A DNA stretch of 64,000 bases from an uncultured Fibrobacterota bacterium (GCA_963729895.1 CAVSQB010000030.1:21071-85070), one strand, 5' to 3'; positions 1 through 9,790 are shown, counted from the stretch's first letter. Made by a program: numbers and translations. The notes: a model not told the origin generated them from the sequence alone.

Positions 1-1428
1 CAGAAACAGGATGCCGCCGGGATTGAGGCTGTAATGGAACAGCGGCAGCAGTTTCTTCTGCAGGTCCTGGGTCAGGTAAATAAGCAGGTTGCGGCATGAG
101 AGAATGTCCAGCTTGGTGAACGGCGGGTCCATGATGAGGTTTTGCGTCGCAAAGATGACCGTTTCACGGATCTCCTTACACACATGGAAGTCGTCTCCGT
201 CCCGCAAAAAAAAGCGGTCCAGCCGTTTGGAAGAAACGTCGGCGGCGACGTTCGCCGGATACAAACCCTGGCGGCCCTTGTCGATGGCGGCCTTGTCGAG
301 ATCGGTGGCGAATACCTGGAGCGCAAAACGGTCCTTTGGCCTCACCTGGTCGATGGCTTCCCTAAACACCATCGCCAGCGAATAGGCTTCCTCGCCGGTG
401 GAACATCCCGGCACCCATGCCCGAAAGGTCCGTCCCGATGGACATGCGGCAATAAGCTCCGGAATCACCCGGTCCCGCAGCCTGGCCCATTCAACCGGGT
501 CGCGGAAGAAATTGGTGACGCCGATGAGCAGTTCCTTGAACAATATTTCAAGTTCCTGGGGGTTTTCCTGGAGAAACCGGATATAGGCGTTGATTTTGTC
601 AATCTGGTGCACTCCCATGCGACGCTCGATCCGGCGGTACATGGTGCTTTTCTTGTACTGGGAAAAATCGTGGCCGGTGTTGGCCCGAAGGAGGATTATC
701 GCTTTTTCAAAGGCGCTGTCGCCCTGCTCCCGGTCCACCGATTCGGTCCGGGTGAACAGTGGTGTGAGGTGAAGAAAGTCCGTTATTTTGGCGGGAAGGG
801 CTTCCGCCGGGGCGATATAATCCACCATTCCCGAATCGATGGCGCTGCGCGGCATGCCGTCGAATTTCGCCGATGCGGGGTCCTGGACAAGAACCACGCC
901 CGCCTTTTCCTTGATGGCCCTGAGTCCGAGCGTGCCGTCGGTTCCCATGCCGGAAAGAATGACGCCGATGCTTTTATCCTGCATGTCAAGGGCAAGGGAC
1001 CGGAAGAAGAAATCGATGGGCAGGCGCATTCCGCGAGGCGCACTGGGTTCAAAAAGGTGCAGCGTTCGGTGCAGGATGGACATGTCTTTGTTGGACGGGA
1101 TCACATACACGAAATTTGGTTTTACCCTCATCCGGTCTTTGGCCTGGACAACGCTCATGCCGGTTATGCGTTGCAACAGCTCGGCCATGATTCCCTTGTG
1201 GGTCGGGTCAAGGTGCTGCACAATGACAAAAGCCATTCCGCACCCCGCGGGGACGTTCTTCAGGAACATCTCTATGGCCTCCAGTCCGCCGGCGGACGCG
1301 CCTATGCCGACAATGGGGAATGATCCTGAAGCGGCGGCCCGGCGTTTGGCTCGTTGAAACCCCGGAGAGGTTGCGGCAGACGTGGTGGAGATCCGTTTCT
1401 TCGCGGCCCCGGTGGTTTGCTTAAGCAT
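1..1428 (-). CDS. CheB methylesterase / CheR methyltransferase fusion (5' part; runs off the left edge of the window)
   Basis: Not in the ORF track (no stop codon in the window). Manual translation from ATG 1428 gives ...FPIVGIGASAGGLEA...FVIVQHLDPTH (CheB). The same frame ends with PPFTKLDILSCRNLLIYL...FHYSLNPGGILFL (CheR) at position 1. Confidence 0.93.
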   Translation of the reverse strand, partial: MLKQTTGAAKKRISTTSAATSPGFQRAKRRAAASGSFPIVGIGASAGGLEAIEMFLKNVPAGCGMAFVIVQHLDPTHKGIMAELLQRITGMSVVQAKDRMRVKPNFVYVIPSNKDMSILHRTLHLFEPSAPRGMRLPIDFFFRSLALDMQDKSIGVILSGMGTDGTLGLRAIKEKAGVVLVQDPASAKFDGMPRSAIDSGMVDYIAPAEALPAKITDFLHLTPLFTRTESVDREQGDSAFEKAIILLRANTGHDFSQYKKSTMYRRIERRMGVHQIDKINAYIRFLQENPQELEILFKELLIGVTNFFRDPVEWARLRDRVIPELIAACPSGRTFRAWVPGCSTGEEAYSLAMVFREAIDQVRPKDRFALQVFATDLDKAAIDKGRQGLYPANVAADVSSKRLDRFFLRDGDDFHVCKEIRETVIFATQNLIMDPPFTKLDILSCRNLLIYLTQDLQKKLLPLFHYSLNPGGILFL

Positions 1429-1600
1429 GGTTGTTACCTGTACCTTTTGGTTTGACACGTTTTCATTAAACTACTTCTCGAATATTTGGATCAAAAGAGA
1501 ATAAAACCTGCTTTTCCCGGCGGCAACAATGCATGTGGCCGGCAGCAGTCATTTATATTTTGCCCGGGCACGTATCCGGGTTTCATGAGACTACAAAGAT

Positions 1601-2176
1601 ATGATTCGAAAAGTGGTTCGCCACCCGCTCACAAACGTAACAATCTTTGCAAAAGAGACGCCTGCGGGCATTGTCATCTGCGGCATTTCGTTCGGCGTCA
1701 GGAAGACGCTTGATGGCGCGCCTGCCGTGGAATCCAATCACCCTGTGTTGCGTTCCTATGCAAAGGCAGTTGCAGGTTTCCTTTCAGGGACCGTCACGAC
1801 GCTTGCCGATATCCCCATCGACCTTGGCGGTGCCACGCCGTTTACGAAGGCAGTGCTCGCTTCGTGCAAACGTATTCCCCGGGGAAGCACGGTTTCCTAC
1901 AGCCGTCTGGCCCACATGGCCGGGTATCTGCGAGCGGTCCGCGCCGCTGCATCCGTCATGCGCAACAACAGGTTCCCGCTGGTTGTTCCTTGTCACCGTG
2001 TAATTGCAAAGAACGGGGGACTGGGCGGTTTTATGGGAGCTACCCGTGGAACAGCCATCGCGCTCAAGCGCGCGCTGCTCGAATTGGAAGGGGTGGGCGC
2101 ATTTGCCGGCGCCGGCATGCCGCAGGCGGCCGGCAATCCGGAACCTTATCCTCGTTTCACCATTTCCTTCCGGTAA
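1601..2176 (+). CDS. ogt: methylated-DNA--protein-cysteine S-methyltransferase
   Basis: IPRGSTVSYSRLA, RAVRAA, and the active-site motif VVPCHRVI...GLGGF. Confidence 0.9.
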   Translation: MIRKVVRHPLTNVTIFAKETPAGIVICGISFGVRKTLDGAPAVESNHPVLRSYAKAVAGFLSGTVTTLADIPIDLGGATPFTKAVLASCKRIPRGSTVSYSRLAHMAGYLRAVRAAASVMRNNRFPLVVPCHRVIAKNGGLGGFMGATRGTAIALKRALLELEGVGAFAGAGMPQAAGNPEPYPRFTISFR

Positions 2177-2197
2177 GATTTTTCGTCAAAAGTACTA

Positions 2198-2226
2198 TTG
2201 AAATCCGCCGGCATCCTTGATATACT
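2198..2226 (+). promoter_or_regulatory. sigma70-type promoter of the PilZ gene
   Basis: TTGAAA-N17-TATACT, 73 bp before ATG 2300; AAGGAG ribosome-binding site at 2288-2293. Confidence 0.65.
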
Positions 2227-2299
2227 TATTCTGCCGACAAACACGATGGGTCGGCAGGCCGGGCATTGAGCCCGGTTCATCCAACCTAAGGAGCCGCTC

Positions 2300-2665
2300 A
2301 TGGCCACAAACGAATCCGCTTTCGACCGGCGCCAGCATCCGCGATTATCCTGCAACACCTCGCCATTCCAGGTGTCGTTCAAATGCAACGGCGGGGACAT
2401 GTCGGCATTTGTCGAAGACATTTCGTCTATGGGCGCAAAGCTGCGTATTACGAAGGCCTCCGCACACATTCCGTTCCTTGTCCAGGGGGAATTCACTTAC
2501 ACGTTTCACACCGCGCTCGGGCCCACCCAATGCAGGGCGCGAACCGTGTGGGTGCAGCGCAAGGGAGCGGAATTCCTGTGGGGTGTGGAATTCATCAGGC
2601 TCGACTCAAAGGACAATAACCCGCTCAACGTGATCATCAAGGACCTGAGCACCCAGGCGATGTAG
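2300..2665 (+). CDS. single-domain PilZ (c-di-GMP-binding) protein
   Basis: RxxxR (RQHPR) and DxSxxG (DISSMG) motifs, C-terminal GVEF; good RBS. Confidence 0.85.
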   Translation: MATNESAFDRRQHPRLSCNTSPFQVSFKCNGGDMSAFVEDISSMGAKLRITKASAHIPFLVQGEFTYTFHTALGPTQCRARTVWVQRKGAEFLWGVEFIRLDSKDNNPLNVIIKDLSTQAM

Positions 2666-2703
2666 TCAAGAGTTGAACGGTTTAGAAGTGGAAGTGCACA
2701 AGA

Positions 2704-2739
2704 AAAGGACCCTGGAGAAACCAACCTCCGGGGTCCTTT
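2704..2739. terminator. probable bidirectional intrinsic terminator between the convergent PilZ and nifJ genes
   Basis: AAAGGACCCTGGAG / CTCCGGGGTCCTTT inverted repeat with A and T tails. Confidence 0.7.
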
Positions 2740-2760
2740 CTCATCGGCGAACGACCGTAT

Positions 2761-5700
2761 CTACATCTGCATGGCCGCCAGGCTCTTGAGCATGGCAAAC
2801 TTCGAATTCACGTTTTTCTGCGCAAGGGCCATGAACTTCTCCGACGCCTGCGGGTTCGTGCGCTGCAGCACCTTGTACCGGTTCTCGCGCATGGTGTAAT
2901 CCACGAGCGTCATGGTCGGTTCCTTACTGTCGAGCTGAAGCGGGTTTTTTCCCTCCATGGCAAGCGCGGGATTGTACCGGTACAGGGGCCAGTGGCCCGA
3001 GGCAACCGCGTTCTTCTGCTCCTGGTATCCGTCGATCATGTCGATGCCGTGGTTGATGCACTGGGCATAACACAGGATAAGCGACGGGCCCTCGTATGCC
3101 TCGGCTTCCACAAATGCCTTTACCGCCTGCTGCGGGTTTGCGCCGAGCGCGACCTTGGCCACAAAAATGTACCCGTAGCTCATGGCAATGAGTCCCATGT
3201 CTTTCTTGAACGTCGGTTTGCCGCCTGCGGCGAATTTCGCAACCGCGCCCATGGGCGTCGATTTTGAAGACTGGCCGCCGGTGTTGGAATACACCTCGGT
3301 GTCGAGCACCATGAGGTTGACATTGCGGTTGCTGGCCAGAACGTGGTCGAGGCCTCCGTAGCCGATGTCGTATGCCCAGCCGTCGCCGCCGAACGCCCAC
3401 ACCGATTTTCTGCCGAGAAAATCGGCAACCGAGAGAAGCTGTTTTGCATCGGCGGTGGAAAGCTTGGCCAGTTCGGCCTTTGCGCGGTCTATCGTGGCGC
3501 GGAGGGCTTCCAGTTTGTCGCGGTCGCCCTGGTCCGCAGCCAGGATCTCGCCCAGAAGGGTTTTGACCTCTGCGCCGCAGGAGCCGTTTTCAATCATTGC
3601 CTTTGCGGAAATCCTCGCAATATCGGCGAATTTGTCGACCGACAGGCGGATGCCGAACGACACTTCCGCCGGGTCTTCGAACAGGGAGTTGTTCCAGGCC
3701 GGGCCGCGTCCGTCCCCGCGCTTGCAATAGGGCGTGGTGGGAAGGTTGCCGCCGTAAATTGAAGAGCAACCCGTTGCATTCGCGATAATCGCGCGCTCGC
3801 CGAAAAGCTGGGTCACGAGCTTGACATACGGTGTTTCTCCGCAGCCCGCGCAGGCGCCGGAAAACTCGAAGAGCGGACGGACGAACTGGCTGCCCTTCAT
3901 GGTGTCCGTTTTGAAAAGTTTTGCGTCGGTTTCCGGGAGTTTGAGGAAGAATTCCCAGTTTTTTGCCTCGGCTTCGCGGAGCGGGGTTTGCGGTTTCATC
4001 ATGATCGCGTCGCCTTTGCCGGTCATGGGGCAGTTCTGCACGCACACGCCGCACCCGGTGCAGTCCTCAACCGCCACCTGCATCGTGTACTTGAGCCCGG
4101 CGTACTCTTTGCCCTTTGCGTCAACGGACTTGAACGTGGCAGGCGCGCCTGCAAGATACTTGGCCTCATACGCCTTGGGACGTATGGTGGCGTGCGGACA
4201 CAAGAGAGAGCAACGGTGGCATTGGATGCACACCGCCGGGTTCCAGACCGGCACGGTAACGGCGATGTTCCGTTTTTCGTACTGGGTGGTTGCCGTGGGC
4301 CATACGCCGTCCGCCGGCATCTGCGAGACCTTGATGGTATGTCCCATCTGCTTGAGCAGGGTGCCGATAACCTGCTTGACAAATTCCGGTGCGTCGTCCG
4401 GCACGGGCTTGATGTCCAGGATCGGATTGGAAACCTCTTTGGGATATTCCACCCTGTTAATCTCGCTCTGCGCCTTGTCGACGGCGGAATTATTCATCTG
4501 GACTATTTTCTCGCCTTTTTTTCCGTACGACTTCTGGATGGCGTACTTGATGGAATTGATCGCCTTGATATCGTCCATGACCTTGGAGATACGGAAGAAC
4601 GCGGTCTGCATGATCACGTTGATGCGGGCGCCCAGGCCGAGCTGTTGCGCAATTCCCACAGCGTCAATCACGTAGAACTGCGCCTTCTTGCCGATGATCT
4701 GCTCCTGCACCCGTCCGGGCAGCTTGGACCAGATGGTTTTCGCGTCGTATTCGGAGGTGAGCAGGAACACGCCGCCCTCTTCGAGAAAGCTCAGCATATC
4801 GTACTTCTCAAGAAAGGAAAAATTGTGGCACGCGATGAAATTCGCTTTTGTGATGAGATAGGGGCGGCGTATGGGCTTTGGCCCGAACCTCAGGTGCGAC
4901 ACGGTGACCGCGCCCGCTTTCTTCGAGTCGTACACGAAATATCCCTGCGCGAAGTTGGGGGTTTCCTCGCCGATGATCTTGATGGAATTCTTGTTCGCGC
5001 CGACCGTGCCGTCCGATCCGAGACCGTAGAACAGCGCGCGGTGCGTTTCCTTGTCTTCCACTGAAAATGCCGGGTCGTAGGCAAGTGAGGCGCCGGTCAC
5101 GTCGTCGTCGATGCCGACCATAAAGTGGTTCTTTGGCTTGTCTTTTGCGAGTTCGTCGAAGATGCCCTTGATCATGGCAGGCGTAAACTCGGCGCAGCCG
5201 AGGCCGTACCGTCCGCCCACGATTTTGGGATATTCCTTGAACGCGGCCGTGCCGTCGCTCATGGCTTCGCCGACTGCGGTGCGTACGTCTTCGTACAAGG
5301 GTTCGCCCAGCGACCCCGGCTCCTTGGTGCGGTCGAGCACCGCGATTTTCTTTACCGATGCGGGTAGCGCCTTCACAAACAGTTTTGCCTCGAACGGCCT
5401 GAACAGGTGCACCTTGAGCACGCCCAGCTTGCTTCCGCGAGCGTTGAGGTAGTCGATGGCGTCCTGCACGGCCTCGCCGCCCGACCCCATGATGATGATG
5501 ATGCGGTCTGCATCCGGCGCGCCGACGTAGTCGAACAGGTGATACTGGCGGCCCGTAAGCTTGGCGAACTTGTCCATGGCTTCCTGAACGATGCCGGGGC
5601 AGGCTGCGTAGTACTTGTTGACCGTTTCACGGCCCTGAAAGTAAACGTCCGGGTTCTGGGAGGTTCCGCGGAGCGTCGGGTGGTCCGGCGACATGCCGCG

Positions 5701-6318
5701 GGATCGGTGGGCCCGAACCAGATCGTCGTCTATCATTGCACGCATGTCGTCGAAGGTGAGTTCTTCGATTTTCTGCACCTCGTGCGAGGTACGGAATCCA
5801 TCGTAAAAATGAACAAAAGGAATGCGCGACTTGAGCGTCGCAGCCTGGGCAATGAGCGCAAAGTCCATTGCCTCCTGCACCGAATTTGAACAGAAGAGCG
5901 CAAACCCCGTTTGCCGGGTCGCCATCACGTCGCTGTGATCGCCGAAAATCGAAAGTCCCTGGCAGGCGATTGCGCGGGCAGTGACGTGAAACGCGGTCGG
6001 CATGAGCTCGCCCGCGATCTTGAACATTGTGGGAATCATCAGCAGCAGGCCTTGCGATGCGGTGAACGTGGTGGTGAGCGCGCCCGTGCACAACGATCCG
6101 TGCACGGCACCGGCGGCGCCCGCTTCGGACTGGAGTTCGGCAACGGTCGGCACGTTTCCCCAGATGTTTTTCTCGCCTTTTGCAGACTTTTCGTCGGCAA
6201 TCTCGCCAAGTCCCGAAGACGGAGTAATCGGATAGATCGCCATGACTTCGTTAACCGCGTGTGCAACGTGAGCGCATGCGGTGTTGCCTTCGTGCGGGAC
6301 CATTTTCCGTTGTGCCAT
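2761..6318 (-). CDS. nifJ: pyruvate:ferredoxin (flavodoxin) oxidoreductase
   Basis: YPITPSS, QSEAGAAGA, GSDGTVGANK, two CxxCxxCxxxCP ferredoxin motifs, GACAGCGE and the TPP motif GGDGWAYDIG. Start set at ATG 6318 after AGGAG. Confidence 0.97.
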   Translation of the reverse strand: MAQRKMVPHEGNTACAHVAHAVNEVMAIYPITPSSGLGEIADEKSAKGEKNIWGNVPTVAELQSEAGAAGAVHGSLCTGALTTTFTASQGLLLMIPTMFKIAGELMPTAFHVTARAIACQGLSIFGDHSDVMATRQTGFALFCSNSVQEAMDFALIAQAATLKSRIPFVHFYDGFRTSHEVQKIEELTFDDMRAMIDDDLVRAHRSRGMSPDHPTLRGTSQNPDVYFQGRETVNKYYAACPGIVQEAMDKFAKLTGRQYHLFDYVGAPDADRIIIIMGSGGEAVQDAIDYLNARGSKLGVLKVHLFRPFEAKLFVKALPASVKKIAVLDRTKEPGSLGEPLYEDVRTAVGEAMSDGTAAFKEYPKIVGGRYGLGCAEFTPAMIKGIFDELAKDKPKNHFMVGIDDDVTGASLAYDPAFSVEDKETHRALFYGLGSDGTVGANKNSIKIIGEETPNFAQGYFVYDSKKAGAVTVSHLRFGPKPIRRPYLITKANFIACHNFSFLEKYDMLSFLEEGGVFLLTSEYDAKTIWSKLPGRVQEQIIGKKAQFYVIDAVGIAQQLGLGARINVIMQTAFFRISKVMDDIKAINSIKYAIQKSYGKKGEKIVQMNNSAVDKAQSEINRVEYPKEVSNPILDIKPVPDDAPEFVKQVIGTLLKQMGHTIKVSQMPADGVWPTATTQYEKRNIAVTVPVWNPAVCIQCHRCSLLCPHATIRPKAYEAKYLAGAPATFKSVDAKGKEYAGLKYTMQVAVEDCTGCGVCVQNCPMTGKGDAIMMKPQTPLREAEAKNWEFFLKLPETDAKLFKTDTMKGSQFVRPLFEFSGACAGCGETPYVKLVTQLFGERAIIANATGCSSIYGGNLPTTPYCKRGDGRGPAWNNSLFEDPAEVSFGIRLSVDKFADIARISAKAMIENGSCGAEVKTLLGEILAADQGDRDKLEALRATIDRAKAELAKLSTADAKQLLSVADFLGRKSVWAFGGDGWAYDIGYGGLDHVLASNRNVNLMVLDTEVYSNTGGQSSKSTPMGAVAKFAAGGKPTFKKDMGLIAMSYGYIFVAKVALGANPQQAVKAFVEAEAYEGPSLILCYAQCINHGIDMIDGYQEQKNAVASGHWPLYRYNPALAMEGKNPLQLDSKEPTMTLVDYTMRENRYKVLQRTNPQASEKFMALAQKNVNSKFAMLKSLAAMQM

Positions 6319-6379
6319 AAAAAAGCTCCTGTTTTGTATGAGTGTTGTTTTGATGGCGGAATTTTGGGAAGAGTCAACT

Positions 6380-6408
6380 AAAATACATAAGGGCGGCGGG
6401 TGATTCAA
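6380..6408 (-). promoter_or_regulatory. putative nifJ promoter
   Basis: TTGAAT-N17-TATTTT on the minus strand. Confidence 0.45.
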
Positions 6409-6459
6409 GACACGGCGAGGCGGAATCGAAATGGCGTCCGGGATGACGCTTTGAGTACT

Positions 6460-7395
6460 CTACGCGAGGTCTTTTTTTGTGGGGAGCGATGAGACGGTGC
6501 CGCCCTTGATGCCCTTAAAAAGGGCCACGTTGTTGGCGAACTGAGCGGCCGTAAAGGGGTCGAATCCACGGGCTATGCTGTGTAAAAAACCGCCGTTGAA
6601 CGCACTGCCGATGAGCGTAATGTCGGTGACGGGTTCCCTGCCGGCCGCAGGCGGGAATTCCTCGATTTTGCCCTGGTAGCCGACAAGGCATCCCTTGTCC
6701 CCGTTCTTGACGGCCACGATCGAAACGCCGCGGTCCCACAAAAAACCGATAACGTCGAGCGGGCGCTCGTAACCGAACAAGGCCTTCGACTCGTCGGGCG
6801 CCGAGGGAAGCATCACGTCGACAAGCGGCAGAACGCTCCAGAGGCATTCTTTGGCGTCGTCGAGAGACCAGAGGCGCAGGCGGAGGTTGGGGTCGTACGC
6901 CACCATGATGTCCTTGATATGCGCGAGATGGAAGGCCTTGAATACCGTGTGCCGCGAAGCCTTCGAAACCGCCTGCAGCTCGCTTGACGCATAGACGATC
7001 TTGCTGTTTTCAATAAGATCGTCGTAGATGAGCGCCGGGGTAATCGACTGCGCCGCGCTGCCGGGCCGGTGAAACAGGTATTCGCGTTCCTCGCTGTTGC
7101 GGGGGCTGGTGAGGTAGATTCCGTTGTATCCCTGGCACGTGATGGCATGGTCGATGTTGATGCCCTGTCCGAGCAGCGATTCGCGGGCAAAGGAATGAAA
7201 GGGATCGCACGCGATCGCCGACACAAGCGACACGGCCGACCCGAGCCGGGCGGCGGTCACCGCGGTCACGATGTCGCTGCCGCCGATCGCCTTCTGGTAA
7301 TTTCCCGATACCGCGATGTCGCCGTCGCAACGCAGTTCGACAAACGTTTCGCCGATCACAAGCAGATCGAAGTCGCGGATATAGGCAGGTTTCAT
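6460..7395 (-). CDS. PfkB/ribokinase-family protein with degenerate catalytic motif
   Basis: LLVIGE, IGGS, YDPNLRLRLW, VAVKNGDKG (KdgK-like). The C-terminal signature reads DITLIGSAFNGGF instead of DTTGAGDAFxxG. Confidence 0.85.
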   Translation of the reverse strand: MKPAYIRDFDLLVIGETFVELRCDGDIAVSGNYQKAIGGSDIVTAVTAARLGSAVSLVSAIACDPFHSFARESLLGQGINIDHAITCQGYNGIYLTSPRNSEEREYLFHRPGSAAQSITPALIYDDLIENSKIVYASSELQAVSKASRHTVFKAFHLAHIKDIMVAYDPNLRLRLWSLDDAKECLWSVLPLVDVMLPSAPDESKALFGYERPLDVIGFLWDRGVSIVAVKNGDKGCLVGYQGKIEEFPPAAGREPVTDITLIGSAFNGGFLHSIARGFDPFTAAQFANNVALFKGIKGGTVSSLPTKKDLA

Positions 7396-7460
7396 GCGTC
7401 CCAGATTTCAGATTTGACAGGCGCCATTTGGGCCAACCTCACTATTGTCAAGTAAAAACT

Positions 7461-7805
7461 TCAAAACGGTGATTCCATAAGGCACCTGAGCGGGTCGCGC
7501 TTGTCGGAAGAGACTTCCGAAAACTCCACGCCGAACATGTACCGTTCGTCGATACGACACACCCATGCGACGGTGCCTTTGCACGAGCTCGTGCCGAACT
7601 GGTTGTGTATTTCCACGGAAATGTCCACGCCCGCCCGGACTTCCAGCAAACGGTTTTTGTCGTCCAGGGTGAACCGTGCCCCGATTTCCGAAAAGTCGAG
7701 CATGGATGCGGGATACTTCGTTCCATGGATCACGAGCGCGGAGGGACACGAAACCTTGAGCGTTTTTCGCCCGGCGCGCCGCCGCTCGCTGGTTCTCGAT
7801 CTCAT
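7461..7805 (-). CDS. single-domain PilZ protein
   Basis: C-terminal 114 aa of track ORF 7461..8375: RRAGR, DFSEIG, GVEF. Its ATG overlaps the upstream stop (ATGA). Confidence 0.8.
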   Translation of the reverse strand: MRSRTSERRRAGRKTLKVSCPSALVIHGTKYPASMLDFSEIGARFTLDDKNRLLEVRAGVDISVEIHNQFGTSSCKGTVAWVCRIDERYMFGVEFSEVSSDKRDPLRCLMESPF

Positions 7806-8806
7806 GATACGATTCCGTTGTGCGAGGTTTGCCGTCGAGCGTTCGGCGACCCGGGCCCTGCAGACGAAAAAAGTTCGACGAACCGATGAACCGTGCGCGC
7901 CACGTCGTCTTTTCTGGCCAGAGACCCGATCCAGTGGCCGGGCAAAGATTCGAGTCCGTAAAGAAGGCCGGCCAGCCCGCCCGCAACCATGCCGGTGGTG
8001 TCGGTGTCCAGCCCAAGGTTGACGGCAGAGAGCAGAATGTCTTTGGTGTTGTCGTGCGCGAGCGTGCACCATATGGCCGCTTCCAAGGTATCCACAATAT
8101 AGCCGGAGGAACGAATGTCGTCTTCCCGAAGGCCGGGCAGCTCGTGGGAAATAATGCGCATGAAATGCGGCAGTTCGCTTTTGCAGACCGGATCGGCGGA
8201 ATAGAGATCGAGCGCCTGGGCAACCGCGTTGCGATACGCGGCTTCTTTGTCTTGGGTGACAAGCAGCTCCCGCACCAGGAGACAGTAGAACCCGCACCCG
8301 ACTTTTGACCGGGGGTGGCCGTGCGTGATCGCCGAGATGTCGTGCACATGGCCCAGAAGCTCGGCGGGCGAGCACTCGTGAAAATACAGGGCTACCGGAA
8401 GCATGCGCATGAGCGATCCGTTGCCGTTGTCGTCTTCGGACGTGCAGCCGGAGACCCTGGCGCTTGCGCCGTCGTGATAGATCCTGTCGAGTGCGAGGTA
8501 GGTGGTGAGACCGGCATCAAACACAAAGCCGGTGGCGGTCCAGTAGGATTCGAACAGCCATTTGCAGAACAGCTTGCCCATGGAATCTATGTCGTAACCG
8601 TCCGCGAGGTTTTCCATGGTGCACAGGACGAGCGCGCTGTCGTCCGACCAGGTGCCTTCGGGCTGATCGTACCGGCCGTACCCGAGCATATTCTTGACAG
8701 AGCAGAGAGCCAGTTCCTGCCGCGTTGAAGATTCCACGGGAACGCCGAGCGCGTCTCCGATGATCCCGGCGTACACCGCGGAGGTCATTTTTTCTTTGAG
8801 GTCCAT
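7802..8806 (-). CDS. ADP-ribosylglycohydrolase (DraG/ARH family)
   Basis: GDALGVP, WSDDS, GNGSLMR, ITH and DTDT metal-binding motifs are all intact. Confidence 0.93.
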   Translation of the reverse strand: MDLKEKMTSAVYAGIIGDALGVPVESSTRQELALCSVKNMLGYGRYDQPEGTWSDDSALVLCTMENLADGYDIDSMGKLFCKWLFESYWTATGFVFDAGLTTYLALDRIYHDGASARVSGCTSEDDNGNGSLMRMLPVALYFHECSPAELLGHVHDISAITHGHPRSKVGCGFYCLLVRELLVTQDKEAAYRNAVAQALDLYSADPVCKSELPHFMRIISHELPGLREDDIRSSGYIVDTLEAAIWCTLAHDNTKDILLSAVNLGLDTDTTGMVAGGLAGLLYGLESLPGHWIGSLARKDDVARTVHRFVELFSSAGPGSPNARRQTSHNGIVS

Positions 8807-8982
8807 TTGTGATCAGGAAAATAACATTTTATGGAAAGGCGGGTTATATCTTTTTTACCTTCCGAATCGGAAGAAAGCTGTTTTCCAAATGTAGGGTTGT
8901 CGTGAGCTCAGGCAAATCATCCAAAACCTGCGCGAGAAAAGGCTTTCGGAAACAGGGAAAAGCATGCATACCATTTCATCCT

Positions 8983-9012
8983 TTGACATGGTGCACAGGA
9001 AAGACGTATTTT
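8983..9012 (+). promoter_or_regulatory. putative cmk-rpsA promoter
   Basis: TTGACA-N18-TATTTT. Confidence 0.5.
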
Positions 9013-9032
9013 AGGAAATTCTAAAAACACTC

Positions 9033-9749
9033 ATGCCCGAACTCAAATCCGAACATTCGATAACCATAACGATTGACGGCCCGGCAGGATCGGGAAAAAG
9101 CTCGACCGCGAGGCGCGTGGCGGAGAGACTGGGAATCCTGCACCTTGACACAGGCGCAATGTACAGGGCTATTACGCTCAAGTGCCTGCGCCACGGCATT
9201 CCGTACCGGGACCGCGGGAAGATTGCCGAATTGCTGAAGGAAACCGACATTTGGTTTACCGGGGCGCCGGGAACGATGCGGGTCTGGATGGACGGCGAAG
9301 ACGTGAGCGCCGCGATTCGCAGCGACGAAGTGACGAAAAACGTTTCCGATTACTGCGCAGTGCCCCTGGTACGCGCCGTGCTTGTGGGCCTGCAACGGAA
9401 AATGGGAAGCGGGCAATCGGTGGTGTGTGAAGGAAGGGACATCGGCACCGTAGTGTTCCCGAAGGCGCAGCTGAAGTTCTATATGGTCGCCTCCGAAGAG
9501 GAACGTGCAAAACGCAGGCAGAAAGATTTCGCGTCAATGGGGATTCACAAAGGTGTAAGCGAGCTCATCGCCGAACTTCGCGAGCGCGACCGCAAGGATT
9601 CGACAAGGGACAACAGTCCGCTTTGCAAGGCGGAAGACGCAGAGGAGATGGACACCACCGCCCTGACGCTCGACCAACAGGTGGCGCATATAGTGGACAA
9701 GGCGAGAAAGCTTATGAAGGACCCGGTTCGCGGGGCAATTGTCTCATAA
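9033..9749 (+). CDS. cmk: cytidylate kinase
   Basis: IDGPAGSGKS P-loop, LDTGAMYR, EGRDIGTVVFP; directly upstream of rpsA. Confidence 0.97.
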   Translation: MPELKSEHSITITIDGPAGSGKSSTARRVAERLGILHLDTGAMYRAITLKCLRHGIPYRDRGKIAELLKETDIWFTGAPGTMRVWMDGEDVSAAIRSDEVTKNVSDYCAVPLVRAVLVGLQRKMGSGQSVVCEGRDIGTVVFPKAQLKFYMVASEEERAKRRQKDFASMGIHKGVSELIAELRERDRKDSTRDNSPLCKAEDAEEMDTTALTLDQQVAHIVDKARKLMKDPVRGAIVS

Positions 9750-9790
9750 ACAAAACAAAATAACCTTAACCCAATTTTTCAGGAGTGTGT

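Noticed and set aside
142..1323. 393-aa plus-strand ORF in the track
   Set aside because: Antisense shadow of the cheB/cheR fusion, which the track missed because its stop lies outside the window.
7806..8375. N-terminal 190 aa of track ORF 7461..8375
   Set aside because: Out-of-frame overlap with the ADP-ribosylglycohydrolase; the PilZ domain starts at ATG 7805.
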